The notes under the pieces were generated by a model that was given only the letters and a program-made list of their open reading frames with translations, had not been told where the DNA came from and searched no databases. Of a stretch of DNA of 64,000 nucleotides, positions 1 to 9,628 are shown piece by piece. A program made the translations under genes and the position numbers. Location of the stretch: the NCBI GenBank assembly GCA_965203315.1, contig OZ241857.1, positions 1,408,001-1,472,000 on the forward strand, in the 5' to 3' direction. Source of the DNA: Nitrosopumilus sp. (GTDB lineage: Archaea; Thermoproteota; Nitrososphaeria; Nitrososphaerales; Nitrosopumilaceae). Each line of letters opens with the position of its first letter. Positions within the stretch are counted from its first letter, which is position 1.

Positions 1-444
1 AATGTAGTATACCTTACAGTTGGTGATCCATATCTGTATAGTACATGGATCTATATGCACAAAGACCTCGAGACCAACCATCCCGACATGAACATTACTG
101 TGATACCTGGTATCGTATCGATGTTTACATTTGCATCCAAAGTGGGAGTGAGTATTGCAGAGGGTTCAGAAAAGGTTGCAATAATACCGTCATGTTATGA
201 TCTGTCTAGTGTTAAAGAGATTGCAAAGAACTCTGAGACATTAGTATTTCTCAAAGATGGCAGATACTTTGATCAGGTTATTGAGGTACTTCGAGAGTCT
301 GGATTTCCATCAGACTCTATATTTGCTATAGGTCAAGATCTTGGAACAGACAAGGAGATCATCAGGCGACTAACACTAGGTGAAGTAAACGATCAAACAT
401 TAACTACAAAGTACTTTTCAATATTGGTGGTAAAACGTGTCTAG
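1..444 (+). CDS. cbiL: Precorrin-2/cobalt-factor II C20-methyltransferase (5'-truncated by window edge)
   Basis: Frame open from base 1 (NVVYLTVGDPYLYSTW...), tetrapyrrole methylase motifs GDP and VIPGIVS; directly upstream of cbiF. Confidence 0.85.
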   Translation, partial: NVVYLTVGDPYLYSTWIYMHKDLETNHPDMNITVIPGIVSMFTFASKVGVSIAEGSEKVAIIPSCYDLSSVKEIAKNSETLVFLKDGRYFDQVIEVLRESGFPSDSIFAIGQDLGTDKEIIRRLTLGEVNDQTLTTKYFSILVVKRV

Positions 445-1198
445 AGTATACTTTGTTGGGTGTGGACCAGGCGATCCAGATCTGATAACTGTCAAAGCAA
501 AGAGACTCATTCAAAAGGCCGACACACTGGTATACTCGGGTTCATTGATCCCAGATCAAATTATACAGATGGCTAAAAGAGCAGAACTGCATAATGCAGC
601 AGGGCTAGTGAGGGAGGAGATATTCGATATACTGTACAAAAGTGCCAAGAGTTCAAAACTGACTGTACGTTTACACGATGGTGATCCGTCAATCTATGGA
701 GCAATCAAAGAGCAGATAGATGCATTACGCGAAAAGAACATCGAGTCTGTCGTGGTACCTGGTGTCACAGCATTTTTGGCAGCAGCTGCAGCCTTGAACA
801 CACAACTAACACTTCCTGGCATAACTCAGACTATAATTTTAACTCGGGCTGAGTCTAGAACCAAGGTTCCAAAACGCGAGAGCATATCTACACTTGCAAC
901 TCATGGTGCAACTCTGGTATTCTATCTCAGTATACATCTGATATCCAAACTAGTAAAGGAGGCGATTGCAGGAGGATACAAAGAGACGACACCTGTAGCT
1001 GTTGTATATCGTGCAAGCTGGGAAGATCAAAAGATAGTTGTTGGTACACTATGTGATATCACATCAAAGGTAAAACATCAGGGAATTACAAAGACTGCTA
1101 TAGTTATAATCGGCGATGTTATAGATCCAAAACACTACGAGTATTCTCGGTTATACGACAAAGATTTTAGTCATGGGTATCGCAGATCAAAGAGATAA
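437..1198 (+). CDS. cbiF: Precorrin-4/cobalt-precorrin-4 C11-methyltransferase
   Basis: VYFVGCGPGDPDLITVK, RLHDGDPSIYGAI, LTLPGITQTIILTR, C-terminal SRLYDKDFSHGYR. Confidence 0.92.
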   Translation: MSRVYFVGCGPGDPDLITVKAKRLIQKADTLVYSGSLIPDQIIQMAKRAELHNAAGLVREEIFDILYKSAKSSKLTVRLHDGDPSIYGAIKEQIDALREKNIESVVVPGVTAFLAAAAALNTQLTLPGITQTIILTRAESRTKVPKRESISTLATHGATLVFYLSIHLISKLVKEAIAGGYKETTPVAVVYRASWEDQKIVVGTLCDITSKVKHQGITKTAIVIIGDVIDPKHYEYSRLYDKDFSHGYRRSKR

Positions 1199-1951
1199 AA
1201 GATTTACTGTTTCATGTATGCCCAGTTTTCCAAGTACATCTTGTAGTCTCTCTGGATCGTCTGACGTAAAGATATCTAGTGAACTTTGAGATGTGTTGTG
1301 TGGTATAATATCTGGTATAATATCTGATATGTGCTGCGCAACCATATCTCCAGGATCGATGAACTGTACATCATGTATGGTATCATTTAGTATCGATCTC
1401 AAAAACGGCAAGTGTGTACTAGATAGAGTTATTGTGTCTATGTTATCTATGTTATCTAGTGTGTCGTATATTACTCTAGTACAGTATTTGTTATCTGTGA
1501 GAAATTTGCCAGACTCGACTAGGTCTATCATACGTGTAGCGTCTATTGGATGTATGTGGAACGAGTCATCTGGTATATTGTATTTTATGTACTGGTTGAG
1601 ATTGTTACTGTACACTAGCGATCTAGTTCCTAGTAGACCAATATGTCTGGTCTTTGATATATCACACGCATGTGATATGGGTGGTCTGACACCAATGACA
1701 TCTGGCTCGTCAATGTCTAGTATGATGCTGGGAGTATTTGATGCCATTACGATCATATCTGGAAGAAACTCATTCCGTAGCATCTCTATCGATCCACGAA
1801 TGATGCGATCGAGCTCTGCAGCACTCTTGTTGCCATATGGAAAGTTGATCGAATCTGCAAAGTAGATGATCTCTGCATTGATCTTGTGCCTAATAGGCTC
1901 AATTATGGACAACGAGCCTAGCCCAGAATCAAAGACCGCTACCGTGACCAA
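1187..1951 (-). CDS. murI: Glutamate racemase-like protein (Asp/Glu racemase family), both catalytic Cys positions are Ser
   Basis: VFDSGLGSLS, FPYGNKS, ASNT and LSSTHLPF motifs. Confidence 0.8.
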   Translation of the reverse strand: MVTVAVFDSGLGSLSIIEPIRHKINAEIIYFADSINFPYGNKSAAELDRIIRGSIEMLRNEFLPDMIVMASNTPSIILDIDEPDVIGVRPPISHACDISKTRHIGLLGTRSLVYSNNLNQYIKYNIPDDSFHIHPIDATRMIDLVESGKFLTDNKYCTRVIYDTLDNIDNIDTITLSSTHLPFLRSILNDTIHDVQFIDPGDMVAQHISDIIPDIIPHNTSQSSLDIFTSDDPERLQDVLGKLGIHETVNLLSL

Positions 1952-2058
1952 GACATCTGTTGCCTTATATAGTCCCTTATAGTTTGTTAACTAAATTTAG
2001 ACTAAGGTTGATCTAAATATACCACGTCTTTTAAGACTAAATTTGTAGACTAGATGTT

Positions 2059-2706
2059 GTGACAAGCTTCAACAAGAGCTGGGCTCAGCAAGAGTCCCAG
2101 AGTGTAACTGGCAAACTCAAGGACGCAGTAAAGCCACAAGGTGCTCTAAAGCCACGAATACAGACAGCAGTGAATAAACTTCAAGTCCAAATCAGCAAGA
2201 TGGATGCGATGTTGAACAAACTGAACGAACGAGACGCCGCGCTATTCAAGCGTGTCGTGGCCGCGATGCAACAACATGATACTAACACTAGTAGAGTTTT
2301 GTCCAACGAATTGGCAGAGATTCGCAAGGTTGCAAAGATGCTTAGTAACGCAAGAGTATCGTTAGAACAAGTGCAGTTAAGACTCACAACCATTCATGAT
2401 CTAGGCGATGCTATGATAGCGATTGGACCAGCAATGTCCACAATGAAGGGGCTCAAATCCTCTCTAGGTAGATTCATGCCAGAGGCTGACTCTGAACTGA
2501 ACTCTATGACTCAGACACTAAACGGTCTAATGGTGGACTCGCTTGCAGGTGACTCTTTCAGTATGGAGTCTGATATTTCAAATGAGGAGACCGAGAGAAT
2601 TCTGCGCGAAGCATCAGCTGTAGCTGAACAACAGATTGGGGATAAATTCCCATCTGTACCATCCTCAACCGGACTTGCGTCTCAGAGCTCGACATCACTC
2701 GAGTAG
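2059..2706 (+). CDS. cdvB: ESCRT-III/Snf7-family cell division protein (CdvB paralogue)
   Basis: Helical Snf7 pattern SNELAEIRK...LEQVQLRLTTIHDLGD, EETERILREA. Confidence 0.85.
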   Translation: MTSFNKSWAQQESQSVTGKLKDAVKPQGALKPRIQTAVNKLQVQISKMDAMLNKLNERDAALFKRVVAAMQQHDTNTSRVLSNELAEIRKVAKMLSNARVSLEQVQLRLTTIHDLGDAMIAIGPAMSTMKGLKSSLGRFMPEADSELNSMTQTLNGLMVDSLAGDSFSMESDISNEETERILREASAVAEQQIGDKFPSVPSSTGLASQSSTSLE

Positions 2707-2790
2707 AGACAAGTCTATTCTTTTTTCTCTTTTGGATTTTTGTATGGATACCAATTCTATTTGACAAATCTTAATGTCCGATATTAGATG

Positions 2791-2953
2791 TACCAACGAA
2801 AATAAGTTTTGACATAAATAGCATATCAAATCTCTATAGATCAAAATGTAGGATTCAAACCCTTTTTTACTCTATGAAAATAGCGTTTTTAATCAACCAA
2901 CATAGAGATTGATAGCATTGATGTATTGTTTGTGTCAGAATTTTTTGGCGATA
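2791..2953. mobile_element. MITE family A, copy 1
   Basis: ~160 bp non-coding; imperfect terminal IRs (taccaacgaaaataagttttgacata / tgtgtcagaattttttggcgata); diverged reverse-complement copy at 3993-4380. Confidence 0.75.
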
Positions 2954-3006
2954 TAGATGCTTTTTATAGATCTTTCTATTTTAAAATTAAAAGATAAAAA
3001 CAAAAA

Positions 3007-3918
3007 CTAATGTTTAATCTTCCTGTAGAGTTTTAAGAGTTGTTTAGTTCTCGACTGACCTATTGTACTGTACAGTAAACTTTGATAAAACATTCGAAAT
3101 CTATTTCTATTGGAATATGTTTTCCACATTGATTTTTTATACCAAAATCGTTCATAAAAACTCAATTCTTTTAGAATATTCGAATTTATATTTTTTGTTT
3201 CTTGACAGATATCACTAGTGACTTGTAAAGAATCTTGATGTTTTCTAACTTTAGCCAAACTTTGATCTATAAAATGAATTTTATATTCATATATGATACA
3301 TAATCTACACAATATCTCCTCTTCTCCAATTTTTAGTGATTCATCAAACATCACATAGTCAAATGCTGACTTGTGTATTAGAGTAGTGATAATACTATAG
3401 TTGAAATTCGTTAGCATTATGACATTTATTGATTTTTGATCTAGATAGTTATAATCTTTGCACACGTTACGTTTTAATATATTTTCTCTTGAATCTACTA
3501 AATCATAATTAGTGTATAATATTAACTTTGGATCATTTTTCTCTAATGCAGTTTTAATCAAAACTTCAACGCAGTTTGATTTCAATACATCATCCGAATC
3601 TACAAACTTGATCCATTCGGCACTTGCTACTCTTATCCCAGTATTACGTGCGGCCGAGACTCCTTTATGTTCTTGATGTATTATAATTATTTTTTTTGGG
3701 GGGAGGGGGAGAGGAGTCGTAACACGTTCATATTCATCTAATATACTGGCTGTGTTATCTGTAGAGCCATCATCTATTACTATTATCTCTATATTCTTGT
3801 ATGTTTGGTTTATGATACTATCTAAACATTCCTTAATGTGCGTCTCTCTATTATACGCTGGTATGATGACTGATATCAGTGGATTTGTATTCATAATGTC
3901 CTTAGATTTGATTTTCAT
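3007..3918 (-). CDS. Family 2 glycosyltransferase (AT-rich; start may be 3894)
   Basis: ISVIIPAYN, IIVIDDGSTDNT, GVSAARNTGI, FVDSDD (DxD). Confidence 0.92.
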   Translation of the reverse strand: MKIKSKDIMNTNPLISVIIPAYNRETHIKECLDSIINQTYKNIEIIVIDDGSTDNTASILDEYERVTTPLPLPPKKIIIIHQEHKGVSAARNTGIRVASAEWIKFVDSDDVLKSNCVEVLIKTALEKNDPKLILYTNYDLVDSRENILKRNVCKDYNYLDQKSINVIMLTNFNYSIITTLIHKSAFDYVMFDESLKIGEEEILCRLCIIYEYKIHFIDQSLAKVRKHQDSLQVTSDICQETKNINSNILKELSFYERFWYKKSMWKTYSNRNRFRMFYQSLLYSTIGQSRTKQLLKLYRKIKH

Positions 3919-3992
3919 ATATAAAATTAGCTGGTTGCCCTATGAATAGGAATATGTGGGATCCAAAAATAATTTGCTCCTTATTTGATGTG

Positions 3993-4380
3993 ATATGTCG
4001 CAGAAAATAAATTTTGACATAAACAATACATCCCTGCTATCAACCACTATGTTGATTGATTAAAAACACTATCTTTAAAGGTAAAAAAAGGGTTTGAGCC
4101 TTACATTTTGATTCATAGAGATTTGATATGCTATTTATAGTGCCCGAAATAAATAATTTTAGGTTGTTATTTATCCATAGGCCATATGCAAATTATGATT
4201 TGTTTATACAATATTCAATAAGAATTACATTTAATCGATTTTTACCTCTAGAAATTACACCTTTTACTAAATTTCAAAATGTGTATAAAATATAAGAAAT
4301 TTGAGTTAGTCTTATGGAAAAATAACTACCTAAAGTTAGTTTTTCCGAGTACTATATGTCAAAACTTATTTTCGTTGGTA
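3993..4380. mobile_element. MITE family A, copy 2 (inverted), interrupted by MITE B
   Basis: 3993-4137 plus 4355-4380 is the reverse complement of 2791-2953; terminal tatgtcaaaacttattttcgttggta matches copy 1 exactly. Confidence 0.75.
4138..4354. mobile_element. MITE family B nested in MITE A, TA target duplication
   Basis: ~35 bp imperfect TIR (tagtgcccgaaataaataattttaggttgttattt / aaataactacctaaagttagtttttccgagtacta); removing it plus one TA restores the MITE A sequence. Confidence 0.75.
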
Positions 4381-4382
4381 TA

Positions 4383-4513
4383 TAGTCACGAACGGAATTG
4401 TTTTCTTGTTTACTTTTGCGTATGTGAGATCAGAGACGGAATTTACCTCTAGCGGAACAGATAACGCCAAATTATGATACTATGCACTCGGAAAATTATT
4501 ATGTTCACGACTA
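4383..4513. mobile_element. MITE family C (IS630-type ends), copy 1
   Basis: Ends tagtcacgaac... / ...ggaaaattattatgttcacgacta resemble TIRs of the IS630 at 32861-34393; TA flanks; second copy at 13451-13581. Confidence 0.85.
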
Positions 4514-4578
4514 TATAACAATAATGTGTCAGATATTCCAGATACAAATAGACACCACTCTTACCAAAAGTCATCGAT

Positions 4579-4965
4579 CTAACAACATGTAATTGGATTA
4601 CTTTGATCAGTATTGATATTGATCTTTATATCTGATTTAATCTCATCAAACTGAGATTTATCCAAAACAATTAGAGGAATATTGGCCAATGCACAACCAG
4701 TTACAACAGTAATATCTGCCTTTGCACACAACATTGCACATGGCCCGACATTGTTTTGTTTTATAGAGTATATGGTATATGCTCCTACGCTGCTACCAAC
4801 ACCACTAGGAAAGACCAAAACCACATCTTTAAGAGATCTGTTGTACAATGGATGATCACTGTCTGTAATTACACCAGTATCTTTGTTTACCGTGCCAAGG
4901 AAATTTATCGCTGCCGATGATCGTAATACTGTACCCCTTGCCTGACCTCTTACTAGGACCTTCAT
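4579..4965 (-). CDS. Aconitase X swivel subunit (DUF126), probable phosphomevalonate dehydratase small subunit
   Basis: INFLGTVNKDTGVI, VLVFPSGVGSSVGAY; coupled to DUF521 gene. Confidence 0.85.
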   Translation of the reverse strand: MKVLVRGQARGTVLRSSAAINFLGTVNKDTGVITDSDHPLYNRSLKDVVLVFPSGVGSSVGAYTIYSIKQNNVGPCAMLCAKADITVVTGCALANIPLIVLDKSQFDEIKSDIKININTDQSNPITCC

Positions 4966-6113
4966 TGTGTCTCGTCCTGAATTATATCTGAGAGGGGCTT
5001 TAGATTGACACCAACACCATTAGAGTTTTTGAGATAGAATGCTCCTTTGATACTGTTTGTAGTTACAGAATCGACTGTATCTTTGTTGATCAATGGAGTG
5101 AGACATGTACAACAATCAGCAAGTATCTCACATCCTGCTCGCTCTAATGTATCTACACACCCAATCTCCGTTGCCTGCTCTTTTACCACTCTGGGGCAGA
5201 ATATCATACATCGTCTTTTAAAGAAGCGCCCCTTGAGGCGTGTAGCGACGTCAACCATCTCTTCCAATCCAAGTTGTGGACTACCTAGTGTAATCAGATC
5301 GCCATGCTCGGCTGTGTTTAACTCGTCATGTATCTCTTGTAGTTCTTTTTTATCAAAATCAATCTTTTCTGTATCTGGTTGATCACCAAAGAGAAATTTA
5401 GCACAAGTGCCAGATGTTCCCATCCCGCCACACATCGCTTTACATTGTCTATGATCCATCTCTTTTAGTCCTGATATTCCAACTGACGTATCACCAACTT
5501 TTCCTGCAAAATATCCAAGCATTCCATATGTTAACTCGTCAGGTTGATCGACACTCATTCTAATTGTAATGTTTGGTTTGACATCTGCGCGTAATGACGA
5601 GTATGGACTCTTTCCTGTCAATGCACTAGCCAATGCACTAAATGCACTCTCTTTATTGGTCTTTAGATCATCATACGAGTTTGCATGTATTGCAGCATTA
5701 CTCTCAGCAAATGCTACCTGAGTCCCAGAACTAGGAATATCATATATCTCATATGGAATACATGAAAAGGATAAATCTACACCCATTCTCTTATACGACT
5801 CTCGTATAGAGAGCTGTTTTGTAATAAAATTTTCATCGAGATTATATTTTTGCACAGAGTCTTGATCAAAACCCATTGGATTTAGTGTAGTCTGTATCTT
5901 TACACGCGCATCTCTGCTCAATTCATCTAGAAACTCTTGACCTACATCGCCTATGGTATTATAATTTACACCTGAGAGGTGTGCCCATCTTACCGGTACA
6001 AGTCGTTCTGCGTCTGTTGCCTCGCCTGTCGCAGCTAGCACTCTGTATGCCATCTGCAAGGTACTCCCATGTTTACCATCAAGTGCCTCTTCTTCATATC
6101 TATCAAGTTCCAT
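4962..6113 (-). CDS. Aconitase X catalytic subunit (DUF521), probable phosphomevalonate dehydratase large subunit
   Basis: MELDRYEEEALDGKHG, AHLSGVNY, SCIPY, AFAESNA, DCCTC, TNSIKGAFY; start moved to 6113 because the longer ORF overlaps nth. Confidence 0.88.
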   Translation of the reverse strand: MELDRYEEEALDGKHGSTLQMAYRVLAATGEATDAERLVPVRWAHLSGVNYNTIGDVGQEFLDELSRDARVKIQTTLNPMGFDQDSVQKYNLDENFITKQLSIRESYKRMGVDLSFSCIPYEIYDIPSSGTQVAFAESNAAIHANSYDDLKTNKESAFSALASALTGKSPYSSLRADVKPNITIRMSVDQPDELTYGMLGYFAGKVGDTSVGISGLKEMDHRQCKAMCGGMGTSGTCAKFLFGDQPDTEKIDFDKKELQEIHDELNTAEHGDLITLGSPQLGLEEMVDVATRLKGRFFKRRCMIFCPRVVKEQATEIGCVDTLERAGCEILADCCTCLTPLINKDTVDSVTTNSIKGAFYLKNSNGVGVNLKPLSDIIQDETQ

Positions 6114-6159
6114 GTGATATACGATATATACTACAGTTATAATACTTGTATCTGATGTA

Positions 6160-6819
6160 TTGATATTGAAACGAATTCTCAAAGGGATGACCGATACAAT
6201 GAATATGGTAAAGCCACCTAGAATGACAGCATTACGTGAACTACATGAAGCAGAGACTGGCAACTTTAGTATCTTGATCGGAACTATTTTGTCTGCACGC
6301 ACAAAAGATGAAACCACAACAATTGCAGTCAAAAAACTCTTTAGCAAATACAAGACACCTAGAGCACTAGCTAGAGCAAAGATTCGTGATGTTGAAAAGA
6401 TCATACATTCGATAGGATTCTATCATGTAAAGGCAAGACGAATAGTAGAGGTAGCAAAGATAATCGACACCAAATATGGTGGCAAGGTGCCTAACAACCT
6501 AGACGAACTAGTATCGTTGCCAGGTGTAGGTCGCAAAACTGCCAACTGTGTCTTGGTGTATGCATTTGACAAACCAGCAATACCTGTAGACATTCATGTA
6601 CATCGAATATCAAACAGACTAGGTCTAGTTGATACAAAGACTCCGGAAGAAACGGAGCAAGAGTTGATGCAAAAGGTACCAAAAAAGTTTTGGTTGAACA
6701 TCAATGATACTTTTGTGATGTATGGTCAAAATATCTGCAAGCCGATATCTCCGCTATGTGATGTATGTAAGATTAAACAACATTGTAAATACTATAAAGA
6801 TCGATCATCTCTACAATAG
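6160..6819 (+). CDS. nth: Endonuclease III
   Basis: HhH LPGVGRKTANCVL, PVDIHVHRISNRLG, FeS motif CKPISPLCDVCKIKQHC. Confidence 0.95.
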   Translation: MILKRILKGMTDTMNMVKPPRMTALRELHEAETGNFSILIGTILSARTKDETTTIAVKKLFSKYKTPRALARAKIRDVEKIIHSIGFYHVKARRIVEVAKIIDTKYGGKVPNNLDELVSLPGVGRKTANCVLVYAFDKPAIPVDIHVHRISNRLGLVDTKTPEETEQELMQKVPKKFWLNINDTFVMYGQNICKPISPLCDVCKIKQHCKYYKDRSSLQ

Positions 6820-7186
6820 AGATCTATCTGGACTAGTGTTTTAATCTTATTTTCATTCGTTGCCAATTTTAATTCTACGTGATATGAATTTTCGCATGCG
6901 TGTCGTTTGTTGTAAATTTACAAGATGTTTTATAAATTTTGATTAGCTGATATATGCATATTTGTGACATCATTTATTGTTGAAATATACTCTATAATGA
7001 TAACAGTAAACATTTTGATACAATCTGTCAAGATAAACCTAATGTACATCTCAGAGGATCAGTATATCACACTGTAGAGGTACAATTGTCTACGAGTAGA
7101 GATCTGTTGTTATGTGCCTTGATACAGATCGGATACTCCATAAGCCAACTTTTTATAAGTTAATATGCATTTGTTTTAGAGAATCG

Positions 7187-8338
7187 ATGATGAACAATCC
7201 ACAGGTCTCCATAATTCTGCCTACGTACAACGAGTCTCAGAATATATTGGACATAATAAGATCCATACACGCACACATTCCAAAGGGGATTACAACCGAG
7301 ACTATAATAGTTGATGATAACTCGCCTGACAAGACAGGAAAGATAGTAGAAGACTATATCTACGATATAAAGCGCCTAGCTGAGAATACGATAAGTGTAA
7401 TACATCGAAAGACAAAGAGTGGACTATCATCTGCAATCCTGAATGGAATCCAAAACGCAAGAGCAGATACCATAATTGTAATGGACTCGGACTTTTCCCA
7501 TCCACCACAGATAATACCAAAGATGATCGAGGCCATAAAGCAGTACCAATGCGATCTAGTAGTGGCCTCTAGATACATGACGGGTGGCAAGATAAAAGGT
7601 TGGACCATCAAACGAAGACTGATGAGCAAGGTAGCAACCATCATTGCAAAGAAGGGACTAGGCATACATACCAAAGACCCAATGTCTGGATTCTTTGCCT
7701 TCAAGAAGAATATAATCAAAGAGATAAATTTTGATGCTTTAGGCTACAAGTTTCTACTAGAGTTGTTGGTTAAAACCAAAGGGATCAACATTAAAGAGAT
7801 TCCATATACATTTGAGGATCGCAAGTACGGTTCTAGCAAGCTAGGAGTTACAACGATACTCGACTACTTTAAATCGATCTGGAAGTTGTATAGATACGAA
7901 AAGATCAACACATCCACAGAGCAACGCAAGTCTGTAAAATTCTTCTCAAAGGCTGCACGATTCTTTACGGTTGGTGCATCTGGAATTCTAGTCAATTATG
8001 TGATATCATCATTATTCTCATTTGGCATAACAGATCTGTGGTATATTCACGCAAACGTGTTGGGTATTGCAGCATCGATATCCACCAACTTTATCTTAAA
8101 CAAAGTCTGGACTTTTGAGGATCGAAACTTTGAGCGAAAGCGAACTTTGGTACAGTATGGTAAATTTGGATTATTTAGCTCACTAGGTGCCATCGTACAG
8201 CTTGCAATGATGTTTTGGTTGGTAGAGGCGCACGAAATGTCGTATCCACTAGCGTTAATTCTTGCTATAGGAACAGCTGCGTTTGGTAACTTTTTACTCA
8301 ACAAGAGACTTACATTCAAAGAGAGACTTTGGGGTTAG
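7187..8338 (+). CDS. Polyprenol-phosphate mannosyltransferase-like GT2 fused to GtrA membrane domain
   Basis: IILPTYNE, VDDNSPDKT, MDSDFSHPP, DPMSGFF; C-terminal RFFTVGASG...NFILNKVWTF. Confidence 0.9.
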   Translation: MMNNPQVSIILPTYNESQNILDIIRSIHAHIPKGITTETIIVDDNSPDKTGKIVEDYIYDIKRLAENTISVIHRKTKSGLSSAILNGIQNARADTIIVMDSDFSHPPQIIPKMIEAIKQYQCDLVVASRYMTGGKIKGWTIKRRLMSKVATIIAKKGLGIHTKDPMSGFFAFKKNIIKEINFDALGYKFLLELLVKTKGINIKEIPYTFEDRKYGSSKLGVTTILDYFKSIWKLYRYEKINTSTEQRKSVKFFSKAARFFTVGASGILVNYVISSLFSFGITDLWYIHANVLGIAASISTNFILNKVWTFEDRNFERKRTLVQYGKFGLFSSLGAIVQLAMMFWLVEAHEMSYPLALILAIGTAAFGNFLLNKRLTFKERLWG

Positions 8339-8627
8339 AGTAACATTTCATGTACAATACAATAATACAAACATGTTATCATGGTTATCATGGTTATTCA
8401 TGTTAAAACGTGAATATCATTCTGTATAGTAAGAGAGTCACTCTTTTAGTCAGAGTTAGAAAATTTACAGCATAATAGAACTAGATGTATGAGTTTATGT
8501 AATGAACTTGATAGATATGAACTAAAATCTAACTCTAATTAGAAAAGTTTGGCTATTGCACTACAAGATATAGTTGATGAATATCTCAAATCTTGTTACT
8601 CAACCAGATGTGAGGCTCTAAAATGCT

Positions 8628-9356
8628 TTATGATGTCTTGTAATTCTGCTCTCGTACCTGTTGAATACACTTCTTCAATTTGTATCTGTCTACTAGCTGT
8701 TGTTGCATCTTGGCATACATCTCTGGATATACAAACTCTTCTGCCGTATACTGCATAATCTTGTCATACTGTTTAGTATAATAGTGTGGAAAGAGATCAC
8801 TACCGCGCTCACTCTTGGTTGGAAGATCATATGCCATAGCTACAGCATTGTGATTTAGACCTCTCCTAGACCAATCGTTGAGATGTAAATGCATCAACAT
8901 AATATCATGTATAGTAAAATCATGAAACTGTCTGTAAAGCCAAAATTCATCATGGCTATCAAAATTGTTTTGTATCTTGTTTCTAACAGAGCGTTCGTAG
9001 AGAAACGGTAAATCAAAACTAGCAATATTGAATCCAATTACGTTTAACGGTCTATCTCGATTTGCTCTATGTTCAAATAATACTCTGTACATCTCTTCTA
9101 GAATATCTTTCTCGGATGACTCCCATTCGAGTAGACGAACAGTATCACCATAATCTATCTGATATGCAATCATGATTACCTTTCCATCAATTGGACTTAG
9201 ACTACCTTGCTGAAACTTCCAGTACTCTTTCTCGATTGACTTGTCACTATGCTTGCCAGTAATCTCATACTTTTCTATTCCTTCTTTAACTCTCAAAAAC
9301 TCTTCATCAGAGTCATATCTAGGTACAGTCTCAATATCGATATAGAGATTTGTCAT
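8628..9356 (-). CDS. Stand-alone DEDD/PolB-type 3'-5' exonuclease-like protein
   Basis: LYIDIETVP (ExoI), EKDILEE, IGFNIASFDLPFL (ExoII). Confidence 0.75.
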   Translation of the reverse strand: MTNLYIDIETVPRYDSDEEFLRVKEGIEKYEITGKHSDKSIEKEYWKFQQGSLSPIDGKVIMIAYQIDYGDTVRLLEWESSEKDILEEMYRVLFEHRANRDRPLNVIGFNIASFDLPFLYERSVRNKIQNNFDSHDEFWLYRQFHDFTIHDIMLMHLHLNDWSRRGLNHNAVAMAYDLPTKSERGSDLFPHYYTKQYDKIMQYTAEEFVYPEMYAKMQQQLVDRYKLKKCIQQVREQNYKTS

Positions 9357-9476
9357 ACTAGTACAAATATTTCGAATATTATTATAGTTTGATATGGACA
9401 CAAGATTGTATTGTGTATGATGTACCGAGTACTATTTGTTGCTGTGCGTATATCCAATATTCATTTAGAGATTGAA

Positions 9477-9551
9477 TGGGCCCACGGGGATTTGAACCCC
9501 GGATCTTCGCCGTGTAAGGGCGACGTCATAACCGATCTGGACTATGAGCCC
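9477..9551 (-). tRNA. tRNA-Val(TAC)
   Basis: Cloverleaf gggctca...tgggccc-a, anticodon arm tcgcc-cttacac-ggcga, T-loop ttcaaat. Confidence 0.95.
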
Positions 9552-9628
9552 AGAAATTCACATTGTTAAAAACCATTTAAACTTTGAGACTAATCTAGAA
9601 ATTTACCCTACCTGTAACATGAACCATT

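Noticed and set aside
6114-6404. N-terminal extension of the aconitase X ORF
   Set aside because: Antisense to nth; family-like sequence starts at MELDRYEE (6113)
8372-8404. Short tandem catggttat-like repeat
   Set aside because: Only 3-4 degenerate 9-mers with no spacers; not CRISPR and no supportable function
8549-8758. 69 aa plus-strand ORF
   Set aside because: Mostly antisense to the exonuclease gene; at best a decayed fragment
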